A DNA stretch of 64,000 nt from NCBI GenBank assembly GCA_964252075.1, contig CAXULY010000023.1:1-64000 (forward strand), read 5' to 3'. This document shows, piece after piece, positions 1-10,255 of this stretch. The notes below the pieces were generated by a model. That model made no database searches. It saw only the letters and a list, made by a program, of their open reading frames with translations, and had not been told where the DNA came from. The translations under genes and the position numbers were made by a program. Position 1 is the stretch's first letter; each line of letters opens with the position of its first letter. The DNA comes from an uncultured Deinococcaceae bacterium (lineage in GTDB: Bacteria; Deinococcota; Deinococci; Deinococcales; Deinococcaceae).

Positions 1-75
<75 letters not shown>

Positions 76-91
76 CCTTCTTCAAACAGAG

Positions 92-166
<75 letters not shown>

Positions 167-199
167 AGAACACCCCGCCGCAAGCGGGGTTCTTTCTTT
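167..199 (+). terminator. Intrinsic terminator after the tRNA pair (probably bidirectional)
   Basis: ACCCCGC-CGCAA-GCGGGGT hairpin followed by TCTTTCTTT. Confidence 0.85.
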
Positions 200-212
200 G
201 CGGGGCGGCGCG

Positions 213-935
213 TCACTTCGGCATGGTGTGAATGATCAGGCCGATGTGCGTGAAGTAATTCAGCGCGCCGAACAGCAGCAGCGCCAGTCCGCTGAGGAAC
301 ATCACCACGCCGAGCGCCGTGCTGAGCCGCGAGGGCCGCAGGCGCTCGGTGGACTGCCGCACCACCACGGGCATCAGCAGGGCCCCGACGCCCACCAGGG
401 CGAACAGGCCGGACATGAAGGTCGCCTCGATCCACGGGTAGGCGGCGAAGGCGCCGGAGATGGGTTCCTCCGGGGGCGCCGCGAACAGCCGGAAGCCGAT
501 GCCCGCGCACGCGATGGCAATGAGGCTGAGGCCCAGGCCCACCACCAGGAACTGCAGCGGCTGCATGGCCGCCGCGAGTTCCGCGCCGACGTTCTGGCTC
601 TCCCGCAGGTGATCGGCGCGCCGCCACAGGAACAGCGCCGCGGCGAGCAGCAGCACCCCGAAGGCCAGGCTGGGCTCCCCGAAGATGATGTTGTCGAAGG
701 GGAAGTACTTCGCGAACGGCCACGTGAGCGTCATGTGCGCGCCCGTGAGGGTCAGGATGAAGCCCAGCGCGCCGAAGTTCAGCGCCCAGCCTTCCGGATG
801 CAGGGGTTTGCCCGCCAGCGTCTGGCGGCCCAGCGAGACCAGGGACAGCAGGGCCGCGCCCGCCGCGACCGCCATGATGGTGTTGTAGGTGGGCATCTGC
901 GTCCAGTCGATGACCAAGCCTCCGGGTGCAGCCAT
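213..935 (-). CDS. DUF981-like multi-pass membrane protein
   Basis: About 6 hydrophobic helices, motifs IDWTQMPTYNTIM, GAHMTLTWPF, DNIIFGEP; AAGGAGG RBS. Confidence 0.8.
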   Translation of the reverse strand: MAAPGGLVIDWTQMPTYNTIMAVAAGAALLSLVSLGRQTLAGKPLHPEGWALNFGALGFILTLTGAHMTLTWPFAKYFPFDNIIFGEPSLAFGVLLLAAALFLWRRADHLRESQNVGAELAAAMQPLQFLVVGLGLSLIAIACAGIGFRLFAAPPEEPISGAFAAYPWIEATFMSGLFALVGVGALLMPVVVRQSTERLRPSRLSTALGVVMFLSGLALLLFGALNYFTHIGLIIHTMPK

Positions 936-1011
936 GGGTGGCCCTCCTTGCAGAGAGCCTAGGGCGCGTGGGGCGCGCGCCGCATCCGGTTTCCCTCAAG
1001 TCGGCGTTTAT

Positions 1012-1545
1012 TCAGGTGTTCAGGGTGGGCAGCGGCGCGTCCGGGCCGTCCCCACCGCTCAGGTCACGCCAGTGCCCGCGGAAGTACAGCGCCGCCTGCA
1101 CGCGGTTCCTGAGGTGCAGGACGTCCAGCACTTCGGACAGCACGTTCGCCACGGACTTCACGCTGATGGTCAGCGCCCGGCCGATCTCGTGGTTGTCCAG
1201 GCCCTGCGCGGCGGCGTACAGCACCAGCCGCTCGCGCGGACAGAGCCGCGGGGCGTCGTGCAGGTCCGGACCCACGTACACCTGCCCGCCCGCCTCCGTG
1301 CGCCGCGCGGCCCGCTCGATCATGTCCGGGGCCCAGGTGTCCACGAGGACGCTCCACCCGAGTTCCCGCAGCCACTGCAGGTACTGCGGGCAGCGGTTGC
1401 CCGTCAGCACCAGCACCGGTCCGCGCCGCTGGTCGTGCCGCTCCAGCGCCTGTAGGGGCCGGTCATCAACGAGCAGGTGGACGTCTTCGGCCGCGCCGGT
1501 CCAGCGGGGCGCGGTGGGCGGTGGGTGGAGCAGGGGGAACGTCAC
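1012..1545 (-). CDS. LuxR-family HTH regulator with atypical N-terminal domain (TxNxCPxYL motif)
   Basis: C-terminal LCPRERLVL...GLDNHEIG..L.ISVKSVANVLSEVLDVL...NRVQAALY; GTG start after CAGGAGGT. Confidence 0.85.
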   Translation of the reverse strand: MTFPLLHPPPTAPRWTGAAEDVHLLVDDRPLQALERHDQRRGPVLVLTGNRCPQYLQWLRELGWSVLVDTWAPDMIERAARRTEAGGQVYVGPDLHDAPRLCPRERLVLYAAAQGLDNHEIGRALTISVKSVANVLSEVLDVLHLRNRVQAALYFRGHWRDLSGGDGPDAPLPTLNT

Positions 1546-1665
1546 GGACAACCTCCTGAGCAGACGGCAGGGCGGAACACAGCGGCGCGCGGCGGATCTG
1601 ACTGGAGATACACGCGCGCGCGTCATCTGGATGTGCGGCCGACCGCCGCCTGAAGTTCGCGCCGC

Positions 1666-3903
1666 TCAGCGCACGGCGGGCTGGTCCTGCGCGGCGTCCT
1701 GCGGTGCCGGCAGCAGCTTCACGAACGCCGCGACGACTTCCGGGTCGAAGTGATGACCGGACTGCGCCTGCACTTCCTGCAGCGCCGCGTGGTGCGTCCA
1801 GGCCTTCTTGTACGGGCGTTCGCTGGTGAGGGCGTCGTACACGTCGCACACCGCGAAGATCCGCGCGAGGCGCGGGATGCGCTCGCCGTACAGGCCGTCC
1901 GGGTACCCGCGCCCATCCCAGCGCTCGTGGTGCGAGCGGATCACTTCGAGCGCGCGCGGCTCCAGGCCCGGCAGGTACGCCGCGAGTTTCGCGCCGATGT
2001 TCGCGTGCGCGCGGATGGTCTGCATTTCCTCGTCCGTGAGCTTGCCGGGCTTCAGCAGGATGCTGTCCGGCACCTGCAGCTTGCCGAGGTCGTGCAGGTA
2101 CGCGCCCTGCCGCAGCGCCTCCAGTTCGTGCGTGGTGAGGCCGAGCGCCTCACCGAGCGCCCCGGAGAGCTGCACGACCCGCTGCGTGTGCCCCTGCGTT
2201 TCGTGGTCACGCGCTTCGAGCGCCACGCCGAGCGCGAAGAGCGCGCCCTCGCGGGTGTCGCGCTCGCGCTGAAGGCGCTGGCTGGTGGCGAGCGCGGCGG
2301 CGACCAGCAACCCAAACTCCTCCGCGACCTGCAGGGAGAGCGGCGTGAAGGCCTCGGTGTCCTCAAGGTTGTCGAGGTTCAGCTCGGCGATCACCTCGCC
2401 GTCCACCACGATGGGCAGCACGAGGTTCGCCTGCAGGTCGCCGCGCCGCCCGGCGGTGCTGAACAGCTGCTGCTGCTCGCCAGTCATGGCGCGGCTGCCC
2501 GCGCGCTTGCGCAGCGCAGCGCCGCTCGCCACGCGCGGGCGCCCCGCCCGGCAGGCGGCCGCATCGCCGTGCCAGTGCAGCATGTCCTCAGTGCTGTGCA
2601 CGCTGCCCAGCAGGCCGTCATCGAAGCCGACCTGCGCGGTCGTGACGACGCCCTGGGCGCAGCGCACCGCGACGCTGCCCGCCTGCGCGCCGGGCACGGT
2701 GGCGACCGCCGCGGTGAGCAGGTCCTGCATGCTGGGTTCGCCCTCGCTGCGCGCCAGAAACGTCAGGAAGGACCGCACGGTCGCCCACGCGGAGGTGGGC
2801 GCGTCGGGCGCGGGCTGTGGGCCGCGGGGCAGGTCCGGCTGGGGGGGCGCCTCGCTGGGCAGCTCGCTCAGCACGCGGTCCCGCCCGGCGGCTTTCGCCG
2901 CGTACAGCAGGCGGTCGGCGCGCGCCAGGGCGCCCTCCGTGGCGGGCGTGAGGCCCCCGGAGAACGAGAAGGTCAGGGTGGGGCGCCCCGCGAGGCCCGG
3001 CACCGCCCGCACCTGCTGGCGCAGCCGCTCCGCGACGAGGCGCGCGTCCTCCGCGCGGACGCGCGGCAGCAGCACCACGAACTCCTCACCGCCGATGCGG
3101 TAGGCGCGGTCCGTGCGGCGCAGGGAATCGCGGCACACCTGCCCGAAGGCGCGCAGCACCTGATCACCCAGCGCGTGCCCGTGCGTGTCGTTCAGGCGCT
3201 TGAAGTGATCGATGTCCATGAGGAGCAGCCAGGAGCCCTCCGGGCGTTGCGACCAGTCGCGGTCGAAGGCGCGGCGGTTGGGGAGGCCCGTGAGGGCGTC
3301 CAGGTACGCCAGCGTGCGCTGCGTGGCGTCGCGCAGCCGCCCGCGCGCGAAGGCGCGCCGGACGGCGCGCCACGCCTGGAACCCCCCAGCGCTCGCCAGC
3401 GTCAGCGCCAGGGCGCTCAGGGCGGCCTGCGCGGGCGGCAGCGCGCGCCACGAGGGTGAGGTGAGCAGGGCGAGGGGTGTGGTCACGGCGAACAGCAGCA
3501 GCGGCGGCCACCACGCCCGGTTCGCGTGGTGGCCGCCCTCACCCTCGGTGCCGCGGCGCTCCCAGGCGTGCATGAGCGCGCCCAGCGCCGCCGCCAGCAC
3601 CAGCGCCACGCCCTCCGTGAGGGCCGCCGGAGCGCCCCACCGCAGCTGCGCCGCCACGATGGGCAGGGCCGCCAGGAGCGCCCACCCGGCCCCCAGCCGG
3701 ACCGCGAGCACCGCGACGGGCACCGCCGTGAGGCCCGGCACGGTGAGGTGGTGCGCCAGCAGCAGGCCCGTCAGGGCGTGCAGCGCCACCTGCGCGAGGC
3801 GCGACCACGCGCCGCCGGGCCGTTCAAGGGCGCTGGTCAGCAGCGCCAGCGCCACGAGCGTGCAGAGGTTCGTGAACAGGGCGTCGAGCAGAGCGGCGGG
3901 CAC
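1666..3903 (-). CDS. Membrane-anchored diguanylate cyclase / HD-GYP phosphodiesterase (TM-GGDEF-GAF-HD-GYP)
   Basis: N-terminal TM helices; DALTGLPNRR, DIDHFKRLNDTHGH, GGEEF; GAF-like segment; HDLGK and HHERWDGRGYP. Confidence 0.92.
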   Translation of the reverse strand: MPAALLDALFTNLCTLVALALLTSALERPGGAWSRLAQVALHALTGLLLAHHLTVPGLTAVPVAVLAVRLGAGWALLAALPIVAAQLRWGAPAALTEGVALVLAAALGALMHAWERRGTEGEGGHHANRAWWPPLLLFAVTTPLALLTSPSWRALPPAQAALSALALTLASAGGFQAWRAVRRAFARGRLRDATQRTLAYLDALTGLPNRRAFDRDWSQRPEGSWLLLMDIDHFKRLNDTHGHALGDQVLRAFGQVCRDSLRRTDRAYRIGGEEFVVLLPRVRAEDARLVAERLRQQVRAVPGLAGRPTLTFSFSGGLTPATEGALARADRLLYAAKAAGRDRVLSELPSEAPPQPDLPRGPQPAPDAPTSAWATVRSFLTFLARSEGEPSMQDLLTAAVATVPGAQAGSVAVRCAQGVVTTAQVGFDDGLLGSVHSTEDMLHWHGDAAACRAGRPRVASGAALRKRAGSRAMTGEQQQLFSTAGRRGDLQANLVLPIVVDGEVIAELNLDNLEDTEAFTPLSLQVAEEFGLLVAAALATSQRLQRERDTREGALFALGVALEARDHETQGHTQRVVQLSGALGEALGLTTHELEALRQGAYLHDLGKLQVPDSILLKPGKLTDEEMQTIRAHANIGAKLAAYLPGLEPRALEVIRSHHERWDGRGYPDGLYGERIPRLARIFAVCDVYDALTSERPYKKAWTHHAALQEVQAQSGHHFDPEVVAAFVKLLPAPQDAAQDQPAVR

Positions 3904-3948
3904 AGTGGCCCCATGATGCCGAATGCCGGGCGTGCCTGGGCACGAAAA

Positions 3949-4575
3949 TCACGCCTGGACCGGGTTCAGCAGCACCACGTCCAGGCGGCGCGGGCCGTGC
4001 ACGCCCTCCACGCGGCTGAGTTCGATGTCGCTGGTGGCGCTCGGGCCGCTGATCCACGTGAGGGGCCGACCCGCGCGGACGCTCGCCGTGAGCTGCGCGA
4101 CGGCTTCCGGCACGCTGTCCACCACCTGCCCCGCGCGCACCACGCACACGTGGTGGTCAGGGATGAGGGTGAGGGCGCGCCGCCCCTGGCCGGGCCCGTG
4201 GTCCAGCACGAGCGTGCCGGTCTCCGCGACGGCGAGCGCGCAGGTCGTGAGGACCGCCCCGAAGGCGCTGAGGGCGCGGTGGTCCTGCCCGGCGTCCGGC
4301 GTGGCGGTCAGGGCCGCGAGCCAAGCCTCCGGCAGGCCGTCCGGGACGATCACGCGCTCGCCTGTCAGCAGGTGCGCGAGGAGGGCGGGCAACGCGTCTT
4401 CAGTCACCTCGTGCACGCGCGCGCGATACTCGGCGGCGTACTCCGCGAACTGCGCGACGATGTCCGCCCTGGGGCGCGCGGAGGGCGGGACGGGCGCGCG
4501 CTCCATGGTCTCCCCCGCCCGCGCGCCCGCCTTGTAGATGCGGCTCAGGATCTCCAGCCTCACCTCGCCGCTCAC
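3949..4575 (-). CDS. lutC: Lactate utilization protein C (LUD domain)
   Basis: AETGT...GRRALTLIPDHH...ISGPSATSDIEL..VEGVHGP; GTG overlaps the lutB stop. Confidence 0.9.
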   Translation of the reverse strand: MSGEVRLEILSRIYKAGARAGETMERAPVPPSARPRADIVAQFAEYAAEYRARVHEVTEDALPALLAHLLTGERVIVPDGLPEAWLAALTATPDAGQDHRALSAFGAVLTTCALAVAETGTLVLDHGPGQGRRALTLIPDHHVCVVRAGQVVDSVPEAVAQLTASVRAGRPLTWISGPSATSDIELSRVEGVHGPRRLDVVLLNPVQA

Positions 4576-5981
4576 GCCTCGCCCTCCTCGCGCCACCACT
4601 CGCGGAAGGACCGCCGGGGCAGGGCGGGCAGGTCGCGGCTGTCCGTCCAGCCGCCCAGCAGGCCCGGCAGCGCGTGAATCGCGCCGTCCTTGACGAGCGG
4701 CCCCTGCCCGAGGCGCGCCAGCTTGAGGGCGCCCTCGAAGCGGTGCGGCTCCGCGAACACCCACGCGGCGGCCCCCATCGCGGCGGCCTCCGCGCCCGGG
4801 TGCTCCACCTGCCCGCGCAGGTAAATCAGCACCTCGGGGATGTTGATTTTCACGGGGCAGGCGTCGTAGCACGCGCCGCACAGGCTGGACGCGTACGGCA
4901 GGGAGTTCGCGTTCGTGTTCTCCAGGTGCAGGAGTTGCGGCGTGAGGATCGCCCCGATCGGGCCGGGGTACACGCTGCCATAGGCGTGCCCGCCTGCGCG
5001 CTCGTACACCGGGCACACGTTCAGGCACGCGGAGCAGCGGATGCAGCGCAGCGTCTGGCGCCCCACCGCGTCCGCGAGGACGTCCGTGCGCCCGCCATCC
5101 AGCAGGATCAGGTGGAATTCGCGCGGCCCATCCCCGGGCGTCACGCCACTCCAGAAGCTGGTGTAGGGGTTCATGCGTTCGGCGGTGCTGCTGCGCGGCA
5201 GCAGGCGCAGGAACGGCGCGAGGTCCTCCCAGGTGGGCAGCACCTTCTCGATGCCCATCACCGTCACGAGCACCTCCGGCAGGGTGACGCACATGCGGCC
5301 GTTCCCCTCGGACTCCACCACGCACACCGTGCCGGTCTCTGCCACCGCGAAGTTCGCGCCGCTCACCGCGACTTTGGTGGTGAGGAACTTCTCGCGCAGG
5401 TACAGGCGCGCGGCCTCCGCGAGCGCGGCGGGGTCGTCGGTGGGGAGGTCCGCGCCGAGCGTGCGGCGGAACAGCGCCTGGATCTCCGCGCGGTTCTTGT
5501 GGATGGCGGGCACCAGGATGTGGCTGGGCGTGTCGTTCGCGAGCTGCACGATGAGTTCCGCGAGGTCCGTCTCAATGGCGTGAATGCCGCGCGCGTCCAG
5601 CGCGGCGTTCAGCTCGATCTCGTCACTCGTGATGCTCTTGACCTTGATGACCTCCGTCGCGCCGTGCGACGCGGCGATGTCCGCGACCAGCGTGCGGGCT
5701 TCCTCCGCGTCGCGCGCCCAGTGCACCTGCCCGCCCGCGCGCCGCACGCTCGCTTCGAGGTCCAGCAGGTGCGTGGCGAGGTCCGCGAGGGCGGCGTCCT
5801 TGAGCGCGGCGCCCTCGTCGCGCAGGGCCTCCCAGTCCGGGAGTTCCGCGACGGCCCGCGCGCGCTTCTCGCGGATGGTGGTGGTCGCGTGGCGCAGGTT
5901 GCGGCGCATCTGGTGGTCCGCGAGGGTCTCGCGCGCCGCGTCCGGGAAGGGCCGCGCGGGGCGGATGCCGCCCGCGCTCAC
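4572..5981 (-). CDS. lutB: Lactate utilization Fe-S protein B
   Basis: ETDLAELIVQL, SHILVPAIH, CIRCSACLNVCPVY, SSLCGACYDACPVKI; GTG overlaps the lutA stop. Confidence 0.93.
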   Translation of the reverse strand: MSAGGIRPARPFPDAARETLADHQMRRNLRHATTTIREKRARAVAELPDWEALRDEGAALKDAALADLATHLLDLEASVRRAGGQVHWARDAEEARTLVADIAASHGATEVIKVKSITSDEIELNAALDARGIHAIETDLAELIVQLANDTPSHILVPAIHKNRAEIQALFRRTLGADLPTDDPAALAEAARLYLREKFLTTKVAVSGANFAVAETGTVCVVESEGNGRMCVTLPEVLVTVMGIEKVLPTWEDLAPFLRLLPRSSTAERMNPYTSFWSGVTPGDGPREFHLILLDGGRTDVLADAVGRQTLRCIRCSACLNVCPVYERAGGHAYGSVYPGPIGAILTPQLLHLENTNANSLPYASSLCGACYDACPVKINIPEVLIYLRGQVEHPGAEAAAMGAAAWVFAEPHRFEGALKLARLGQGPLVKDGAIHALPGLLGGWTDSRDLPALPRRSFREWWREEGEA

Positions 5982-6715
5982 GGGGCCGCCCCGGTGCTCG
6001 CGAGGATCTCCGCGAGGTGCACGGTGCCCGCCCCACTGCGCAGCCGCCCGAGGCCGCCGCCGATGTGCATGAGGCAGGAGTTGTCGCCCGCCGTGCAGAC
6101 CTCCGCGCCGGTGTCCAGCACCGCGCGCACCTTGTCCGCCAGCATGGCGGTGCTGGTGTCGGGGTTCTTCACGCTGAAGGTCCCCCCGAAACCGCAGCAC
6201 TGCGCCGCGTCCGGCAGCTCCACGAGCTGCAGGCCGCGCACATGGCGCAGCAGGCGCAGCGGCGCGTCCCCCACGCGCAGGAGGCGCAGCGCGTGGCAGG
6301 TGGGGTGGTACGTGACGCGGTGCGGGTAGCTGGCGCCCACGTCCTCCACGCCCAGCACGTTCACGAGGAACTCCGAGAGCTCATGGGTGCGCGCGCCGAG
6401 CGCCCGCACGTCCGCGAGGAGGGCGTCGTCGCCCGCCCACTCGGCGGCCTTCGGGTACAGGTCGCGCACGAAAGCCACGCAGCTTCCGCTGGGCGCCACG
6501 ATCACCTCGGCGTCCTGGAAGTCCCGCACGAACTTGCGCACGAGGCCCAGCGCTTCTTTCTGGTAGCCGGTGTTGAAGTGCATCTGCCCGCAGCAGGTCT
6601 GCGCGTCGTTGAAGCGCACCTCGTGCCCCAGGCGGCGCAGCAGGCGCACGGTGGCGGCGCCCGTTTGGGGGAACAGCGCGTCGTTCAGGCAGGTGATGAA
6701 GAGGTCCACGCGCAT
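5978..6715 (-). CDS. lutA: Lactate utilization protein A (CCG-domain Fe-S oxidoreductase)
   Basis: MRVDLFITCLND, QTCCGQMHFNTG, CCGFGGTFSVKN, DNSCLMHI. Confidence 0.93.
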   Translation of the reverse strand: MRVDLFITCLNDALFPQTGAATVRLLRRLGHEVRFNDAQTCCGQMHFNTGYQKEALGLVRKFVRDFQDAEVIVAPSGSCVAFVRDLYPKAAEWAGDDALLADVRALGARTHELSEFLVNVLGVEDVGASYPHRVTYHPTCHALRLLRVGDAPLRLLRHVRGLQLVELPDAAQCCGFGGTFSVKNPDTSTAMLADKVRAVLDTGAEVCTAGDNSCLMHIGGGLGRLRSGAGTVHLAEILASTGAAP

Positions 6716-6716
6716 G

Positions 6717-8144
6717 TCAGGCGCGCTCCGGGCGGCGCTCGGGCGTGAAGGTGTCGAGGGCAGTCGAAGCGCGCACGGTGCTCCGCAGCGCGCCCGGCGC
6801 GAGGTGCCCGAGCGCCGCCGCCTGCACCAGCAGGTTCCCGATGAGGGTCGCCTCGACCGGCCCGGCGATGACGGTGCGGCCCGAAGCGGAGGCAATCAAC
6901 TGGTTCAGGAGCGCGATCTGGGACCCCCCGCCGACGATGTGCACGGTCCGGATGATACGCCCACTCACGGCCTCCAGGGTATCCAGCACCTCGGCGGTGC
7001 GCCGCGCGAGGCTCTCCAGCACGCAGCGCGTCACCTCGGCGGGCGACTGCGGGACGGGGTGCCCGCCCTCCGCGCACGCGACCTGCACGCGCTCGGGCAT
7101 GTCCAGGCCAGGCGGCAGGAAGCGCGCGTCGTCCGGGTCGAAGGTCACGCCGCCCGGCGCGCGCTGCGCCTGCGCGTACAGCGCCGCGAAGTCCGTGATG
7201 CCCCACGCGCGGCAGCACTCCTGCACGACCCACAGGCCCATCACGTTCTTCAGGAGGCGGGTGGTGCCGTTCACGCCCGCCTCGTTCGTGAGGTTCGCGG
7301 CCAGTGCGGCGGGCGTGAGGACCGGCTCGGGGGTCTCCACGCCCACGAGGCTCCACGTGCCGCTCGACACGTACGCCCAGTCCGCACCCTGCGCGGGCAC
7401 GGCGGCGACGGCGGACGCCGTATCGTGCGTGGCGGGCGCCACGACGCGCGCGCCCGCGAGGCCCGTCTCGCGCTGCACGAGGGGTGAGAGTTCACCCAGG
7501 TCGGTGCCCTCGGGCACGATGTCGGGCAGCAGGGACGCGGGCAGACCCAGCGCCTCCAGCAGATCGGCCGACCACGTGCGGGTGCCTGGGTCGTACAGCT
7601 GCGTGGTGCTGGCGTTCGTGCGCTCGCACGCGAGGCGCCCACCCAACCAGTGCTGCAGGAGGTCCGGCAGCATCAGCAGTGTGCGGGCGCGCGCGAACTG
7701 CGCGGGCGCCTGCGCCCGGTGCGCGAGCAGCTGATACGCGGTGTTGAACGGCAGGAACTGAATCCCGGTGTGCCCGTACACCGTTTCCATTGGCACGCGC
7801 CGGAAGGTCTCCTCCATGACACCGTCCGTGCGGGGGTCGCGGTAGTGGTGCATGCCGCCCACCATCAGGCCGTCCTCGTCCAGCAGGGCGTAATCCACCG
7901 CCCAGGAGTTCACGCCGACGCTCTGCACGCGCCCGCGCTGCGCGGCGAGGCGCAGGCCGTGCAGCACCTCGCGCCACAGGCCCAGCACGTCCCAGTACAG
8001 GCCGCCCTCGGCGGGGATACCGCCGTTCGGGAAGCGGTGCAGGACCTCCACCTCCAGGTGCCCGTCCGCGACGGTGCCGAGCGCGACGCGCCCGCTGGAC
8101 GCGCCGAGGTCGATGGCGACGTGCCGCGTGGCGTCAGCGGACAT
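6717..8144 (-). CDS. rhaB: Rhamnulokinase (FGGY family)
   Basis: AIDLGASSGR, YRDPRT, TGIQFLPFNT, ATHDTASAV, SSGTWSLVG. Confidence 0.92.
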   Translation of the reverse strand: MSADATRHVAIDLGASSGRVALGTVADGHLEVEVLHRFPNGGIPAEGGLYWDVLGLWREVLHGLRLAAQRGRVQSVGVNSWAVDYALLDEDGLMVGGMHHYRDPRTDGVMEETFRRVPMETVYGHTGIQFLPFNTAYQLLAHRAQAPAQFARARTLLMLPDLLQHWLGGRLACERTNASTTQLYDPGTRTWSADLLEALGLPASLLPDIVPEGTDLGELSPLVQRETGLAGARVVAPATHDTASAVAAVPAQGADWAYVSSGTWSLVGVETPEPVLTPAALAANLTNEAGVNGTTRLLKNVMGLWVVQECCRAWGITDFAALYAQAQRAPGGVTFDPDDARFLPPGLDMPERVQVACAEGGHPVPQSPAEVTRCVLESLARRTAEVLDTLEAVSGRIIRTVHIVGGGSQIALLNQLIASASGRTVIAGPVEATLIGNLLVQAAALGHLAPGALRSTVRASTALDTFTPERRPERA

Positions 8145-10218
8145 ACGCGATCGGCACCCCGCCGTCCACCGTGAGCACCCCGCCGGTCGTCTTGGCGGCG
8201 GCGGGCGTCGCGAAGAACGCCACGGCCTCCGCAATGTCCTCCGGGAAGATGTTCACCTTCAGGGTGTTGCGCTGCCGGTAGAACTCCTCCAGGTCGTCCG
8301 GCGCGATGCCGTAGGTCGCGGCGCGCTCGGCACGCCACTTCCCGTCCCAGATGCTGGACCCGGCGAGCACGCCGTCGGGGAGGACGCTGTTCACGCGGAT
8401 GCCCGCCGCGCCGCCCTCCTCCGCCAGGCAGCGCGCGAGGTGCAGTTCGGCGGCCTTCGCGGCGCTGTACGCGGCGGCGTTCTTGCCCGCCGCGACGCTG
8501 TTCTTGCTGCCGATGAACACCAGGTTGCCGCCCGTGCCCTGCGCGCGCAGCGCCCTGAAGGCCTCGCGCGCCACGAGGAAGTACCCGGTGGAGAGGATGT
8601 CCTGGTTCCTGTTCCACATCTCCAGACTGGTGTCCTCGATGGGGGCGCTGGACGCGATGCCCGCGTTGTTCACCACGATGTCCACCCCGCCGTAGGTGAG
8701 GAGGGCGTGGCGGACCGCGCCCTGCACCTGCGCTTCCTGCGTGACGTTCATGGGGACGCTGGTGGCGCGCCGGTACCCGCGCTGCTCCTGGATTTCGGCG
8801 GCCACCGTTTCGCCGCCCTCGGCGTTCAGGTCCGCGATCACGATGTGCGCGCCGTCCTGCGCGAGGCGCCGCGCGATGGCCCGCCCGATGCCGCTCGCGG
8901 CGCCCGTCACGAGCGCCACGTGCCCCTCCAGCGCCTTCGGGGCGGGCTTCAGGGACAGCTTGTACAGTTCCAGCGGCCAGTACTCCACGGCGTAACTCTC
9001 GGCGGCGGAGAGGCTCACGAAGCCGCCCAGCGCGCTCGCGCCCTTCATCACCTGAATGGCGCGCGTGTAGAGCTGCCGCGCGACGTCCGCGCCCTGCGCG
9101 TCCGGGCCGCTCGTGACCATGCCGAGGCCGGGGATGAGCACCACGCGGGGGCTGGGCGTGAACATCACGTCCCCCTCGGTTTTGTTCGCGTCGAAGTACG
9201 CGGCGTACTCGGCCTTGAAACGCTCGACGGCCGCGCGGGCCTTGTCGAGCAGCGCGTCCGCGCCTTCGTCCGGCGTCCAGGCGAGGAACAGCGGGAGGCG
9301 CTTGGTGTGCACGAGGTGGTCCGGGCAGGCCGCGCCCACCTGGGAGAGGCTCGCGGCGGCCTTCGAGTTCACGAAGGCCAGGACCTCCGGGGAGCGGTCC
9401 ACGGTCAGCACGGCGGGCCGCGCGCCGCGCATCGCGCCGCGCAGCACGGGCAGGACCTTCGCGAGCAGGTCGTCCGCCTCGGGCTGCGCGAGGGCCTGCA
9501 CGGCGGGCCCGCTGAAGGGCTGCGCCTCGGCGTGCGCGTCGAGGTACGCCTGCGCCTCTCCGATGATGCTCAGGGTGCGCTCGTAACTCTCGCGGCTGGT
9601 GTCGCCCCACGTGACGAGGCCGTGCTTGCCCATCACCACGCACTCCAGCTTCGGGTTGTCGCGCACGGCGGCGCCGATCTGCTGGCTGAGCGTGAAGCCG
9701 GGCCGGATGTAATCCACCCACGCGGCGCGCTCCCCGTAGATCTCGCGCATGATGTCCGGGCCGTTCGGCGTGCAGGCGATCGCGATGATGGCGTCGGGGT
9801 GCGTGTGATCCACGTGCTTGGCGGGCACGAAGGCGTGCAGGAGCGTCTCGATGCTCTGGCGGGGGCGGCCCGGCTCGAAGGTCGTGCGGTCCAGGTACGC
9901 GGTCATTTCCTCGTCCGTCATGCTGGGGCGCTCGAAGAGCGGCAGCACCTCGTCGAGCTTCAGGCCCGCGAAGCCGCGCTCGGTGATGCTCGCGATGTCG
10001 CTGCCGGAGCCCTTCACCCACAGCACCGTCACGTCGCGGCCCAGGTGGTCCTGCTCAACGCTCTTGGTGCTGGTGTTGCCGCCGTAGATGTTCACGAGCG
10101 TGCGGTCCGCGCCGAGCAGGCGCGAGCGGTAAGTGAGCGACGCGAGGCCGTCCCCCTGCGGGGCGTCGGCGTCGTTCCAGCGGTTCAGGATGACGGTGCG
10201 GCGGGTGTCGGTGGTCAT
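8134..10218 (-). CDS. Bifunctional rhamnulose-1-phosphate aldolase / short-chain dehydrogenase (RhaEW type)
   Basis: Class II aldolase N-terminus (GGNTSTK, SIETLLH, HVDHTHPD, CPDHLVHTK) fused to an SDR domain (TGAASGIG, NNAG, YSAAK). Confidence 0.92.
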   Translation of the reverse strand: MTTDTRRTVILNRWNDADAPQGDGLASLTYRSRLLGADRTLVNIYGGNTSTKSVEQDHLGRDVTVLWVKGSGSDIASITERGFAGLKLDEVLPLFERPSMTDEEMTAYLDRTTFEPGRPRQSIETLLHAFVPAKHVDHTHPDAIIAIACTPNGPDIMREIYGERAAWVDYIRPGFTLSQQIGAAVRDNPKLECVVMGKHGLVTWGDTSRESYERTLSIIGEAQAYLDAHAEAQPFSGPAVQALAQPEADDLLAKVLPVLRGAMRGARPAVLTVDRSPEVLAFVNSKAAASLSQVGAACPDHLVHTKRLPLFLAWTPDEGADALLDKARAAVERFKAEYAAYFDANKTEGDVMFTPSPRVVLIPGLGMVTSGPDAQGADVARQLYTRAIQVMKGASALGGFVSLSAAESYAVEYWPLELYKLSLKPAPKALEGHVALVTGAASGIGRAIARRLAQDGAHIVIADLNAEGGETVAAEIQEQRGYRRATSVPMNVTQEAQVQGAVRHALLTYGGVDIVVNNAGIASSAPIEDTSLEMWNRNQDILSTGYFLVAREAFRALRAQGTGGNLVFIGSKNSVAAGKNAAAYSAAKAAELHLARCLAEEGGAAGIRVNSVLPDGVLAGSSIWDGKWRAERAATYGIAPDDLEEFYRQRNTLKVNIFPEDIAEAVAFFATPAAAKTTGGVLTVDGGVPIAYVR

Positions 10219-10255
10219 GGGCGCTCCTTCAGGCAGGGGGCGGGGGGAAGTCCGT

